Positions 22,322 to 35,927 of a stretch of 64,000 nt of DNA are shown in pieces; position 1 is the stretch's first letter; each line of letters opens with the position of its first letter. A program made the translations under genes and the position numbers. Below the pieces are notes generated by a model. That model was not told the origin of the DNA and did not search any database. It worked only from the letters and a program-made list of their open reading frames with translations. This DNA is from Eremomyces bilateralis CBS 781.70 (lineage: Eukaryota): assembly GCA_010015585.1 (NCBI GenBank), contig ML975190.1; one strand, written 5' to 3'.

Positions 22322-25300
22322 CTAGAATGCATTCCGAATCTTCGCATACAACTCCGTGTCCAAGAAATTGTAGTGCGGATCCGAGAAACAGAACGGTGCG
22401 CGAAGCAACGTGTCCGCTGTAGGTCGATCACTCGGGTCGCTGTCAAACTATCAGTCCGTCGTCCCAGAAATCCAACCGGAGGAAAACACTCACATAGTAA
22501 AGCAATCCAACATGAAGCTGATCGCCCCCGGGCTAATCGTACTGCTCACATCATCCGGAATCGGCGGCGCCTGATTCAGACTCCCCAGCTTATAAATCGC
22601 CCCGATCGCCTCCTCTTTACTCCACGGCCTCCGTCCCGCGAACATCTCCAACACCACGCACCCCAGGCTCCAGATGTCGACCTTGGCGCTGTACCCCTGG
22701 CCCTGGCTGCGGATGACCTCGGGCGCCATCCAGAAGACGGAGCCCTGCATGCTATTGGTGACATCGTTGCCATAGATGTTGTCGGACTTCTTGGAGATGC
22801 CGAAGTCGGAGATCTTGCACGTACCGTCGAGGTCGAGGAGGATGTTGTCGGCCTTGAGGTCGCGGTGGAGGATGCCTTCACGGTGGAGGTACGCGAGCCC
22901 TTGGAGCGTCTGTCGCGTCAGCGAGCTGACGACGCTTTCTTCGAACTTGCCATGCTTGCGCAGGCAACTGCCGATGCTGCCGCCGGAGATGTACTCGAGG
23001 AAGATGGAGATACTGAAGTCCTTGCGCTCGCACCCGAGGTAGCTGACGATGTTCGGATGGTCGAGATGCTGCATGGTTTCGATCTCCGTGTCGAGGCTGC
23101 GCATCATCTCCTTCATCCTTTCTTTATCGGAGCCGGCGGCTTTCGTGTTGACCTCGACTTGCTTGACGGCGATGAGCTCGCCGGTGGTCATGTTCATGCC
23201 CAGGTAGACGCGGCCAAACGTGCCCTTGCCGATCAATTGGCCCTTCATCCATTTGAACGTGGGCTGCCGCTGTGGGACTGGCAGGGTATCTTGTGGGATG
23301 GTCTCGAGTTGGAGGAGTCGACTTCCGCGCGGCGGACGCACTTCCTCCAGCTTCGCGCCGAACATCTTGGTGCTCTTTCTCCGGACAATCGCGCCACTCG
23401 CGGCAGCTTTGAGGGTGGCGATTCGACTTGGTCCTGGACCCGGCATATGCGTCCGATGTTCCGGTTGCTGATACGCCCCCTTCACGACCTCACGAATACT
23501 CTTCGTCCTCCCCAATCCGCCCGACTTGCGAACATTCCGCTGCGCGACCGACTTCAATGTATCGCCGCGCCGCAACGTACTCTCATCACTCAACGCCGTC
23601 TCCTCGTCCGCCACCGGCGTCGGGCTCCGACCCACCGGTTCCTTCGAGCCTTTCCGGCTCATCTGCTCGACCGGGCTCGCCGGCGGGCTTCCGGATGGCT
23701 CGAGCATCTCCTCGTCGAGGACCGGTTGGTCGAGGTTGACGTTCGGGAAGAACTCGTCGAGGTGGGCAACGAGCGCTTCGGGGGGAGGGCGGTTGGCCCA
23801 GAGGTCGCTCGCGAAGGACTCGCGGCGGTTGAACATGTTGGGTCCCTCGGGTGTCTCGCCGCCCGAGGCGCTGTGGGTGAGGCCGCTAGATGGATCTCGC
23901 TTGCTCGATTCGGCGGATTCCGGTTTTTGAGGGGAGTTGGTCCGATTGCTGCTGGATGCACTGGGTTCATTTGGAGTGAATACCGTGACTTTGCCTCCCG
24001 TATTGACGGTTAAACTCGGGCGGCGGGGATCTCGCGACGAGCTCTTCTCCGGGATGTTCGGAGGCTGGCGGCCCCTTAGTGGTTTTGCGAACAGATTGTC
24101 ATCCTCATCAGAGTCGGTGTCATGCATGGGCACAGGAGATTTGTCAAACGTGATTTTCGCCTCAACGAACTCGGTATGCGCTCCTGGCGTCCGACCACTG
24201 CTCATCCTCTGGATACTGCTGGCCTTCTCCAGCGTCAACGTCGATTGGCCGCTCGGCGGCGTTGCTGTGCTTGGACTGACGTCCTCACTCTTGCCCCAGC
24301 TGTTCTGATCCGAATCCGCATGTTGTTGTCGGATCTTCGTGACAGCCGGATTGACCAGCGGCATCTGAATGCGCAACTCGGGTCGTCGGGGATGGGTTTC
24401 AACCACTTCGCCCTCTTCGTAGTCCGGAATCTTGAACGGAATATTTCCCCTACTCCACGTCAAACTCCCCGGACTCCTCGGCGACCCTGATGGCGAGCCG
24501 TTGCGCGATTGTCCGGTCTGGCTCATGACCGTCGCCATCGCCCTCTGTTGCTTCCCATTCTCGCCTAGTGATACGCCGCCCTCAGCACCGTTCACTTCGC
24601 GGAACGAAGACGCAGCTCCCTGGTCGGGTCGTTCGCCGCTCGAGCGCTTCTTCCGCTCTTCCTCTTGCCAACTCGACCGCGCCTTCACACCCGCGTTCCG
24701 AGTGAGCGAGTTGGCTTTCTTCACGAAGCTCGTCTCGCCCGGTGGGATCGGCGGGGCGCGCAGCGGGGTAAACTCTTTGCTGCGGACACTCCCGCCGCTG
24801 CCGGTGCTTGAAAAGGTGCCGGTGCCGGTGCCCGTCGATTCAAACGGCTTGTTTGACTCGTAAGGGCTCTCACGACCTCGATCGAAATCGATGACGCCCT
24901 GTCCTCGAATACCAGGACCGTCGCTTGGCGGCCTTCCATCTCGCTGAAGGGAATGCTGCTTCTTCTCGCGGTATGCCGCTTGCTTCGCTTCCGTCTCGCG
25001 GCGATATATCGCGTCTTGTTCGCGAAGATCCGCTTCGGAAAGCTCGCCGGTCGCATTCCACTGCTTGCTCTTGTCGATGGAATCGACGGCGTTCGAGATG
25101 CTCGTCAGCGCGTCGCCGCGGTTCGCAATGAGGGTAGACTCGGTGCTCTTGATTCCGTCCGGATCCACGTTCTCGGAATTGGTTCGGATCAACGCGTCGA
25201 CCGGGCGTCCGGAGATGCTCGGTCGACCGAAAGGACTGCCGAGGGGGCTCGCGAAGCTGATACCCAGATCGCCGTTCTGCGTAAGAGTGCCGGATGGGAC

Positions 25301-27334
25301 ATGTACGAAGAGTTTCAATGTCCCTACCGAGTCGCCCAAGTTCTTCCGCGCATGCATCAGGAACTCATCGGTAAGTGCCTCGTCGTGATCTAGTAGCGCA
25401 GGCGCGGTCATGTGTAAAGTTATGGCATTCGAGAACGGCAGCCCTAAAGCTTCGCAGATGGTCTTCCGGAGCGACAATGCAGTGTCAACATAGGAGATAT
25501 CGATGAGACGATAATTCCACCCATCAGGCGTGACAAAGATAAACTTGCGCGAGTCATCACGCTGCGGATACGTGAATGCTGCCGAGGCCCTACCGCTCCT
25601 CGATTCCAAGCTGGCGGTGTCGGGAGCATGCCTATTGTTGACTGGACTCGTTGGAGAATCCACGCTGCTTTCGTCCGGGCTCGGATGGACATCATCCTTC
25701 CGCTTGTGCCGTAGCACCTTACTAAAGAAGCCCGGCTTGTGTTCCCGTGCGCTCGCTGGCGTCTCCGAACCGGCGGACCGGCTGATCTCCACTGGGGGCG
25801 GGCGAGAGTTCTCATGCGCATTCCTGCCACCGTCCTTGCGCACAGGTGCTGGAAGACTCGTTTCCGAGCTGTTGCCTCTCGCGTGGGTGGCATAATACCT
25901 TTTACTACTGCTGGAGCTCATCGTTGGCCGCACGGAATTCAATCCCGGAGACTGCTGCGGACTGACGCCGTGTCTAAACGACTCCGCATAATTGGGATCG
26001 AGCTCTCGACTTCCACTTGGAGAATGCTTTCGACCATCGTTAATAGCTGCAAGGACTTCTTGCGTGTATTTGCTCCTCCCCTCTTGGGCATAATCGCGTG
26101 GAGGATTCCTGTTGGAAGACAGCCGTCTGAGGTAGGTAGCAGATGCGTTAGGCATGTATCCGCCCGGGCTCTCGTCCCCAGTGCCTGCGGTGGTTGGGGT
26201 CGCCGAATTGAATCCTGAGCGCCCAACACCGATATTTGGGCTGTTCTCCACCGTCCCGTCGGTTCCGGCACTGGCGGTCATGAGTCCGCTTTGTTGACTG
26301 GCTTGACGCCTGTGCAGCGTTCGGCCTGGTGCAGATGGTGCACTGACATAGCCGTTATCCACGATAGCTCTCACCAGACCGCGCAGCTTGCTCGCCTCCC
26401 CGCGGATCTGTTGGAAATCGTACGGCTTCCCACTGCTCTGGAACGCCCTGTTCAGTCGAGGATAGATTTCGTTCTTCCAGTATTGGAGCTTCTCGCGTCG
26501 GAGTTCGTTCCTGCCGAGATCGAGGAAAGAGGAGCCATAAATCCTCAGATCTTCGAATGTCTCAGACCATTCGCTCGAGTAGCCGTGCGCATTGAGCCAT
26601 ATCATCACACGGTCTACCGGCCACTGGAGGGCTGGATCGGCGGGGGATATCGGACCGTTGCTGGATGCACCAGCGCTGTGGACGCTTTCGGATGGATGTT
26701 GCTGGTATTGCGGGTTCGCCAGCGTCGCTGTCGGCGGCCCTGGAGAGACGTATGCTGAGCTAGAAGGAGGGAGGTTCAACTGGTGATTCGCTCGGGAGGG
26801 CGTCTGAGGAACTCGATTATATGTGCGATTATCATTGTACAGGTCATTATCATTAGGTGTAGTCATTCCGGTCTCGGCCGTCCGCGACGACTCCGTAGAC
26901 GCCGAGTACTCATTGTAGGAGTGTGAATAGGTGGATGATTCCGAGTAGGTGCGGGCTTGGGGCTGGGTGTACAGCGGCGGTATACCCACACCGACACCGA
27001 AGGACTCTCCACCGGGGATATATGTCGCAGATGTGAGAGGGCGTTCTTCGGGTGGAGGTGGCAGCGATTGTTGCTGGTAGGTGGAGTATTCACGTGGATT
27101 GTAGGGTCCGGGTTGCGTCGAGTTAACCGGTATTGGATAGCTCTGTTGTCTGCCCCAGTAGTTCAGTGTGCCCGTTGGGCCTCCTGGAGGCGGTGGAGGT
27201 ATTGACAGGCCATGCGACTGTTGTATTGGAGCTCGAGGAGGCGGCGGAGGTAGTGGTATGACATGCTGACCAGGTGCGGTCGACGTCGGAGGTGGAGGAG
27301 GGAGTCTCTGCCCTGGCTGATATGCAGGATGCAT
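22322..27334 (-). CDS. BCK1: cell-wall-integrity MAP kinase kinase kinase Bck1/Mkh1
   Basis: STE11-type kinase domain (GQLIGKGTFGRVYLG, HRDLKADNILLD, KISDFGISK, MQGSVFWMAPEV), WANRPPPE..HLDEFFP motif. Final exon after an intron near 22493-22440 ends ELYAKIRNAF*. Confidence 0.95.
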
Positions 27335-28481
27335 CGTGGTGATGGTCCCGTCTTAAACGTTGCCTATTCAACTCTGCTCGACCTGGTACGAGGTCGTGGA
27401 TTGCGCCTTGGAAGTGTGGTGCTCAATACGCCAGTCTAGTGCTTCCAGTCTCTCCAAGACGCCGGTACAGAAGAGCCAACGCTGCTCTTGAAGTACAGCG
27501 CTATCGGATAGGCATTGAGCCTTCCATTTCCATGGTGTCGTAGGATTCGTGAACTCTCTGCACTTCGAACGGTCGGAGTCGAAGTAAAAGCAGGACTTCG
27601 GAGCTCTTGGCGCGAATGCGGCGATGCGGCGCTTCGTAGCAACGCGGAGGAGAAGGACGAACAAGCTCCGACGTACGCCTTGCACAGTGGAAGAACCGAA
27701 TGGAGGAAATTAGAAAGGCGGTACGGAGGAGTAGAAGAAAAGAAGCAAGAGCTCGTATCTCCAGCGAAAGAAAGGCTAATAGGCGCATGGAGCGGAACCT
27801 CACTTGCTCTGGCGGCGAGGTTGCATTCACTCTTTGCTGCAGTTTCAATGGAGCGAGTCCGCTGTGGGGCGTTTAGCGCTTTCATTGGCTGTAACATCCC
27901 TGCAGCACCAACCTCCAAACTCTCCAATCCAGTGGTTGTCTCCTGCAGTCCCGCTAGTAGCAGTAGCAGTGTGAGTGAGTAGCTAGTAAACTGGTGGCAC
28001 GTGCCCAGTCACGTGTAATAGACCTATTTATACTCCGCTTAGTCACCTCCTAGCCTGCTGCCAGTGCAGTGCTAAAGTTGAGTCTGATTTGACTTCAGTC
28101 AGGTTCCGTGGTGTATCACGGTCTCGCCAGTCGTCACGAATGCGGTGCGACCTCAGGAATTTGTAAATGCATCGTGATTATTGGTGGCTGGAGTTCAACC
28201 ACTGCATCTCCTTGCATGATTGAAAGCCGGAACCAGCTTGCCGTATGGGCCTCTTCCCGCTTCACCCTCGATGATCATCAAAGCCCAAGAAAGGTGACCA
28301 TGCACCGATCTCCGAAGGTGGGAATGATTCTATTTCTCATGCTGTCGTTTCGATTGATATCGTTCATGCTTATAGCCAATGCTGCTCTCCATAGGATGCC
28401 ACTGCGACTCACTCCAGGTCGTGGTTAAGCACATGTCGTGCGTTGTTTGCATCTCCTTGCTTCTTGAATGCTGTCCGTCGT

Positions 28482-29273
28482 TCACTTTCCCATCCTCCAC
28501 TCAATCTGCCTGGTCTCCTCGTCATATGGCATCGCGGCATTCAGTCCTGGTTACAGTTAGGTTTCGGTTTGTCCCTCGGCGTGGTTGAACCTACCACCGT
28601 GGTGTTGTGGCATGACTTCTTCCATATGTTGGTCAAACATCTTCAGATATGGTGAGATTGTGATCTCGATTCCCCCGAGCCCCCCCATCAAAGCGACGAT
28701 AACCAGGAACTTCACCATCTTCCGCGGCTTTGGTTGCCCCTTCTCCTCGCTCTGATTCTTCATTCGCCCTTGCTTTTTTTTCTGTGGGACTTCATCATCC
28801 AGTTCATCCAATTCATCCATACGGCTAAAATACGGCTGGGCAATTCGTTCAGTGGACCATTCCCTGGCACGCCACGCCTCCAGTGACCTCTGGCCAAAAG
28901 GTTTGGATAGCTCGAGCGCAAATATCGCAGTCGCTGCCACCGTCTTGACGTCGGTAAACCACGGTGTTCGATCTCGTAGTAGCTTGGTGACCGGCTTCTG
29001 TTCAATGAATTTCGATGCAATTTGAGAGGATGAGGCGGCACCGAGAGCTCGTGGGATGGCACCGAGATCTTGGGGTGATGCCGTCTTGAAGCCAGAACAT
29101 TGCGTCAATTGTACTGCTGGAGGTGTTAAAGGCGGAATCGCGCGTCGGCCTTGCGGTCTGATGAGATTGGATGACACCCTGGTGAGTCCGGCCACAGATG
29201 GATAGGTGCTGCGGGTGCCGGCCATGGCGAGGATATGCGGACGAGATGCGAGGTTGGCAAGAAGACGAGCCAT
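28482..29273 (-). CDS. hypothetical protein with a mitochondrial-presequence-like N-terminus and one TM segment
   Basis: 238-codon ORF with Arg/Ala/Leu/Ser-rich start and hydrophobic FLVIVALMGGLGGI. A GTAGGT..CTAAC..CAG intron adds the last exon GLNAAMPYDEETRQIEWRMGK*. Confidence 0.55.
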
Positions 29274-29975
29274 GGTTGGAGAGATAGTAATGCTTGTGAA
29301 TAAGTGTCGACAGGGCGGGTGATTGCTTTTACATTTACGATGGTTATAAGTTAATGAATATGAGTTATTATCGGTGAGTTCGAATGCAAGAAAATGCAGG
29401 TTGGTTCTGAGTGTTTATTTTCGACGCCTCAGCTACGGTACGGTAAGTGAAGTGAGCGTGAACCTGGAAATGTGAATGTTGTCAACCAAACATCACCATT
29501 CACCATACCACTCCTTCCATATAATGTTGCTGCCTCAGGCATTTATATCTCCTGACGACTGATATCACTGATTACTTCATGCCATAGGAGAGGAGTATCT
29601 AGACGGGATGCTTAGGGTATTATTGACTCATTACTGCCACTAACCATGAACATTCCCAGACATTATAAGATCGCTTTTTCATCTATGATATAAGTTAATT
29701 GGATCCTATGTAGTCGGGGCGTGACCTGTTCCAATATCCGCATCGAAGATGCGATATTTAGTGCAAGCCTTAGGTCCATTACTACCCCTACGACAATTAA
29801 CGTAAGCACTATTTAATTGTAAGTCCCCGTTCCTCGCATTTTTCTACAAGAATTCTTATTCACTATTCTACTGACTCGGTATACCAGGCATACGCTTCGA
29901 GGCAAAGTAAACATTTCAGCACAACATATCGACCATCACCCCCCAACCTTAATCAATCTTCCCAACGTAAGCACT

Positions 29976-30464
29976 ATGCATTTTATCCAATCTTGGTCCA
30001 TTCCTTGTGGCTGCTCCATCTGTCCTAGCTATCCCCACGAAGGTTGTCCGGAGCGACCGGACTCCTTCCGATGACCCCAATAGCGAGATAGCCGAGTTGG
30101 TCTTCAAGATTGCAGAGAAGTGCGCTTCCAATTGTGTTACAGAATACTCGAAGAGTTACAAGGTAATTGCCCCACTCCAGTCTGCAAAAGCTTCCTTCTC
30201 CCTCCAGCTAACGCAATTTAAAGTGCAAGTGCTGCCGCTTTGTCGACTGCATATCCAGCGATGGGTCTAGGCCAGACCTTAGTAAGAAGCTCATGAGGCA
30301 CAGTAGAACGTTGACATGTGGGATAAAGGCGGGGAAGATGCGAGTCGCATAGACACAGTACCTGACTTCTCCCTTACGTACTGATGGTTTTCTAGACTAA
30401 CGATTGTAATTGCTTGCCCAACTGCTTGACAGGCGAGGAGTTAATCCAACCTACGTGCGATTAG
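29976..30464 (+). pseudogene. pseudogene paralog of the small secreted Cys-rich protein at 30965
   Basis: Same three-exon layout (..KCASNCVTEYSKSYK|CKCCRFVDC..TCG|TNDCNCLPNC..PTCD*). There is a +1 frameshift just after the ATG, and the second donor reads ATAAAG. Confidence 0.8.
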
Positions 30465-30964
30465 TGCAATCCAAAGAATCATTGTAGTATTGGCCCGTGA
30501 GTTTGGTCGTAGCTGCAGGACTATTACCATAGTCAGTTTCCTTAGTGTCCAACATGGCTCAGAGTCTAGATGGCGGTTTCTAAGGGATAACGCGTGACTG
30601 ACGGCTTTGCGCTTAATAAACGGGATCAAGAACCGCCCCTGACTGTGTGATATCAGCAATAGTTAGAAACTAGTACTCCTCGTCAACATCAATTTGACCC
30701 ACACGTGCTCCTTTATGTTATTACCAGACCTTCATTCATTGCGGCACGTGAACCCCTATCATAATGATGAAACACTATATTTCCCCTACCTGCCCTCTCC
30801 CTTCGCCTTGCTGATATATATTCCTACATTTTAGTCGTCCCTCTCATACTCGTACTCTTCACAAACAAACCTTCCAGTTCTCAAACTCTCCAGAGAGCTT
30901 CTTTCAGAATCTTTTCAACGCAGTCTCCATTCTCACCCAGAAAATCGGAATCCTACCGTACATC

Positions 30965-31402
30965 ATGCATTTCTCCAAGCTCCTTCTCTTCGCTATTAGC
31001 ACCGCTGCTCTCCTCCTCCCTAGACAGGACCCTACAGACTCGATCTCCGACCTTCTCGATACCCCCGAATATCAATGTGCCATCGATTGCAAGGCCCGAT
31101 ACAACAATTGCTTCGCTGTGAGCCAGCTTCTGCAGTATGATTCTCCCTTCACTCATCATTAACCTTCCTTCAAATAGTCGCGATGCTGCGAATTGCCCTC
31201 GTGCGGAATGGGAGACCAGCAGTCATGTGAGGAGTTCAAGAGCCTTTGTGCTGCTCAGGTCTGTGGGGTGAGTGACTTCTGCAATGACGAACAGTCATGA
31301 ACTGATAGGATGCTGATTATCTTCAAGGGTGGGAAGTGCAGTTGCTTGCCTCAGTGCGCAAACTTAGGCACAGGGCTTTGGCTCCCGGAGTGCAAGTGCT
31401 AG
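30965..31402 (+). CDS. small secreted cysteine-rich protein (105 aa, 14 Cys)
   Basis: Exons 30965-31117, 31178-31267 and 31328-31402 give MHFSKLLLFAISTAALLLPRQDPTDSISDLLDTPEYQCAIDCKARYNNCFA|SRCCELPSCGMGDQQSCEEFKSLCAAQVCG|GGKCSCLPQCANLGTGLWLPECKC*; canonical introns. Confidence 0.88.
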
Positions 31403-31576
31403 ATGACAACTCTATTGGATCACTTGATGGGATATTTGGGGCACTTCACAGAGTGGCCTTCGGTGTATCCGTCATCTTCCCTCAATTTCACTGTTGTTCG
31501 ACATCAAGCCTTTAAACAGCTCTTACTGAACTCTCTACGACCATCTTCAAGAGCTGTGCTTCCCAATGCAAGCACC

Positions 31577-31700
31577 ATGCATCTCTCCAAGTTCTTCCTC
31601 CTTGAAGGCTCAGCCACAGCCACTCTCATTATCCCACAAACTGGGAACAAGGAGTTATAACGCTAGACACCCACACTTATGGAGTCGAGTAATGCGTGTG
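31577..31700 (+). pseudogene. third, heavily decayed copy of the Cys-rich secreted gene (5' part)
   Basis: MHLSKFFLLEGSATATLIIPQ resembles MHFSKLLLFAISTAALLLPRQ. After a stop and frameshift, LDTHTY echoes LDTPEY. Confidence 0.55.
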
Positions 31701-33274
31701 GTCAGTGGCTTGGAAATTATTAGTAGGGACCGGAATAAGTGCTAGTTGCACCAACAAAAGAAATGAACTTATGGGACAATGAGGCCAGTGACTGTGCTCA
31801 CGACCAAAGAGGAGACTGGAAGAGTGAGGAAATACATGATAGTCGGGGAGGAAAGCCGAAGCTTGGTCAATACCGGTTCTGAATGAGATATTCAAGCTCC
31901 AAGAACATTCACAAGATGCCACCTACAGTAGGCACTGAAGTTGCATTCTTATCCAGGTTGCACTGTTAATGATGGATCATGCGCCGTACAAGCTCTTAAG
32001 ATTCAGTAGTAACAGCAGCGTGGAGTCCGCCTCATTGAAAAGTACGTACTGACGTAATGAGCGCTGTGCCCACTGTTTGGAAGACCTCTAGTTCTATTCG
32101 ATCTATCATTGCGTGGAACTTCACCATGTTATCTTCGACTGCTAGTTTTACTGCTACGTTTCCTGCTTGGCCCCTATCCCTGAGTCGCTGGTCCATGATT
32201 TACCCACGACCAAATCATTTGCTGCTAAATACCCGTCTCGAAGGAGAATAATTCCATAGACTCGCAAGGACGTCTACACCTTCTACTACATCAAATCTTG
32301 TTAGCCAGATGATGCTAACGCTTCTCTCTAAACGAGACGCTTCGGCCAGTGGCTAACTAAGGACTGGTAGAACGGCAAGTGTTGGCAGTGCTTGGGCATG
32401 CACAAACAATGAACTGGGGGGTTCAGCTGCAGCACTGTAATTTGAGGCAATACCAGGTGTCGTGAGGGCTTCGTTGGAGTGAAGGAAGAAGTCAAGAATG
32501 GCACCCTGCATTATATATAGCCAAGTCCCAATAACAGTAACTCAGCGTTCCTCGGAGCCAGTATACCTTCGATGCAAGCTATCATATCAGTAATTAGAGT
32601 GCTATAGATAATAGAACAGACGCGAGACCGCTCCCATCTCCATCTACAAGTGTTGTTCCTCCGCTCCGGTTCTCAATACGGCCGTAAATTCAATGCCACA
32701 ACCCTTGATTATTAATCGAAGTACTTGAGGTACTACAATATCAATCAGAATCAATCGGTCGACTGGAAAAAACACCGTACCTTTTGAGTTCGGAGTGGTT
32801 GGCTAAGCAAAAATTCGGACCGTCAATTGAATCGAATTGTCTCAAATGCCTTGGTTCGAATTTGTCAAGTCATCGCAATACTGTCGTAAACTTTGGGTTT
32901 TCGTTAGCCAAAGCAGCGCTCAACCTCCTCCCGATACGGAATAAGTAAGTGACCATGCAGGTCTCTCGACGCATCCGTTGTGGCTGTATGTATACCCTCT
33001 GAAACCTCGTACAGTTGTACTTCGTGTTCATGAGATGGAATGCATCAGAAACCCGATGATTGGCACTTGGCGACGCCATGAATGCGCCTCACGAGGCGGT
33101 CAAGACGGGGGCTTCGCAAGGGAAACAGGTGTAAAAAGGAACCGATCCTCGAAGGCCGTGATTCTGAACCCATTTGGTTCTCTCCTCCAACAAGATGGAC
33201 TTCTAAGTCTAGGACAGATAGATACTTGATCGATATAGGACGTATCACGCCGGTGGCAGCGCTGTCCTGTCATC

Positions 33275-34493
33275 ATGGCACACCTGACGCCGAAGTTGAC
33301 CACAGTCTTCACGGCTCCTCCAGAATGTTCGACTAGACCATTCACTTTGTACTCGATGAGGTGCCTGTACGAAGGGCCGATGTGGGACGCCACCTTCAAT
33401 CCGACCTCTTCTGGTCAGTCGCTGAGCTGCACCGCTTCGGAGGTGATCTCGTTATATTCTCTCAAGAGTCTGGCGGGACCAGAGGAAGGGTTACTGATGA
33501 TCATGGGCCAATGTCCGCATGGCTACACGACGATAGGCACTCGAGTTCGTGATGATGGGGGGATATATTTCACCTCTGCCATTACGACAGGTCTCACTGT
33601 TACTTCGAAGTCTTCTTGGATTTCGGAGCGGACGACCATGACCTATGTTCCTACCACATCAACTTTTACGTATACCGATAATTTCGCATTTCGGACTTAT
33701 ACAACCGCATACTGCTGCCCACCGTAGGTCTAATTCTTCGCGCTGCGATACTGGTTGAGCTAATGAGAACAGAGGCTTCGCAGGCGGAACCTGGGCGAAC
33801 AACGATTTCCGCTGTTCTTCGACCATGAAGACTGCAGCCGATATGGTGATGGTGGTGACTGGCACGAGCTTTGTTACCACGACCACGAGGGTTAAGCCGA
33901 CGCAGGTCGTGTATGATCGGGGCTACATCGTAACCTGGCACCAGCAAGATGTATCGAGTTTCACCTCCCCGCCGGCACTGATGACGGCCGACTCGCAAAT
34001 CGCGTCCAGACCACCGAAACTCGAGCCGTGGGAGTACCCAGGAGGATTCTCTGCTTACACGGAGGTTGGAGACTGCTATCGTGGACAAGCTCGACCGGGT
34101 GCCACCAATTCCCCCCATATCATCATTGGTCCACCAAAGGCCTCCGCAAGACTCGTAGGCGGAATCGTCGGCGGCGCTGTGGGGGCACTGGTTATCATCG
34201 TGGTCGCTTTCGTCATGTGGACACGAGCGAGGAAGAAGCGGCGAGTCCAGGCGGAGTTGAACTCGGACGAGGCCAAACAGCCTGCCGAGGGCGTTCCCGC
34301 TCTCCCGGGATACGGCACAGGCGTATTTCCAACCGGTTCCGGGCCCAGTGAGCTTTATGGCGTGCATCAACCGATAGAAATAGGCGCTGCAAATCCACTT
34401 TATGAAATGCCGGTAACGCCGGTCGAACTGGATCTAGGCAGGAACGCGCAGGTTTCCCATCATGGCCCCGAAGGTGGACATAGAGCGGGATGA
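33275..34493 (+). CDS. Ser/Thr-rich single-pass membrane protein (fungal LTTxFTxPxxC / CCP family)
   Basis: LTTVFTAPPEC, CPHGYT, AYCCPP|G, TM segment GGIVGGAVGALVIIVVAFVMW followed by RARKKRR; intron 33724-33772. Confidence 0.78.
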
Positions 34494-35613
34494 ATCAAGA
34501 GAAGAACAAGATTGGTGCCATGTACAACCAGACTTTCAGCTGTTGTGATTGCTTGAGAATGAGACTGGAGATGAGACCAAACAGCACACCAAACCTGGGC
34601 TAGTGCTGCGTGGTGAAATTCAGCTCGCTAAGCTACACAGAAGAAAGAAAGCTACAGGGAGAATAAGTAACTCGCTAAGATTCCAGGCCAGTTTTAGGGA
34701 CGATACACTTCCGACTATCGCAGAACAAGAGATTCGACGAAAGACATTGGATTCTTCAGCGCGCTGGACATTAAGCTGATTAAAACGAACAATATATCAT
34801 ACAGGAGCCCAGTCTCTAAGGCGAACCGGTCCTAGCCAGTGTCTTCTCGACGAATTTATGGCCACGAGACATTCAGAACAGTCCAAAAGGAATTGATGCC
34901 GAAGAGAGGATATCTATGCATAGGTGTGCAGATAATAGAAAAAATAGCGAATGCTCGTATCCAGCTTGACTTCTAAATTGCGGGATGAAGGCGCCATTCG
35001 GACGAAACGCGGGGAGGGGGAAATCGAAACCCAGATCTCAGGCATCTGCCAGAGATAGTATTCCTTTGGAAACGTAGATAGCTTCTTAAGAACTGATCAA
35101 GATACGGATATCCAAACTACCCTCTTGTCCAGGTCGTGGTGTGCATCGCAATTCACATGGCATCGCGTGGCTCCTTTCGCCGACTCTTTCTCGGAAAATT
35201 GGGCGACCGCAACCCCTAATATCGTGTTCTTCTTCGCCTCGATGTGTAATACAGCGTAGTAGTAGTGCTCTAGATGCGCCGTCCAGCGCTCCACCAGCGA
35301 GTGGTAGGTCGAATCGTTCTCGGATGGCACATTGAACAGACTTTCGCTGTGATCGTGCTCGGCCGCCGTTTAAATTCGTACCAGTCTGTGGTTGACTTGT
35401 CGGATTCTGTACACCCCCAAGTCCCGATCAGACATTGCCTCCACGACCATTCCAGGCCCTGGAATCCGTGAAGCCACACCAACCAAATATCGAGGCTCGT
35501 CTTCGTCGTGCTTGCGCGGATAATAGGTCAAGGAGAAGCCTGCTCAACGCCGTCGACATTTCCGTCAGCTGCGCCGCAAGCCTTGCTTCCCCATCATCAT
35601 CATCACCACCACC

Positions 35614-35927
35614 CTACGTCTTCGGTGCCGGTGCCAGATGCGTCGTATCCTGCACGTCCTGAACCTTCTTATATTCCTTCTCCAGCGCTCTCTGCATATC
35701 GAAGTCCAGTTGCCGCTCGGCCTTGAGCTTCTGTTGCTCGAGGTCGCGGATGACGCCCTGGTGCATGACCTATAGGGGCAAGAAGGATCAGTTTCGGGGT
35801 CAAGGGAGATGGGGAGATGGCGGGATCTTACGGAGCGTTCGGCGTGTTGGCCGTAGTGGACGAAGATGACGATGCCGATGGCAGAGAGGGAGGTGAGGGC
35901 GATGGTGGCTTTGGAGGCGGCGGACAT
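35614..35927 (-). CDS. PET117: cytochrome c oxidase assembly factor Pet117
   Basis: MSAASKATIALTSLSAIGIVIFVHYGQHAERS|VMHQGVIRDLEQQKLKAERQLDFDMQRALEKEYKKVQDV; one intron. Confidence 0.92.

Noticed and set aside
22373..24013. 546-aa plus-strand ORF
   Set aside because: Antisense shadow of the GC3-rich BCK1 kinase region; no independent motifs.
32057..32450. Fourth copy of the Cys-rich secreted gene
   Set aside because: Hydrophobic start and a few Cys codons, but no alignable motif or conserved intron positions.
35097..35482. Short minus-strand ORFs downstream of PET117
   Set aside because: No recognisable family or coherent exon chain.
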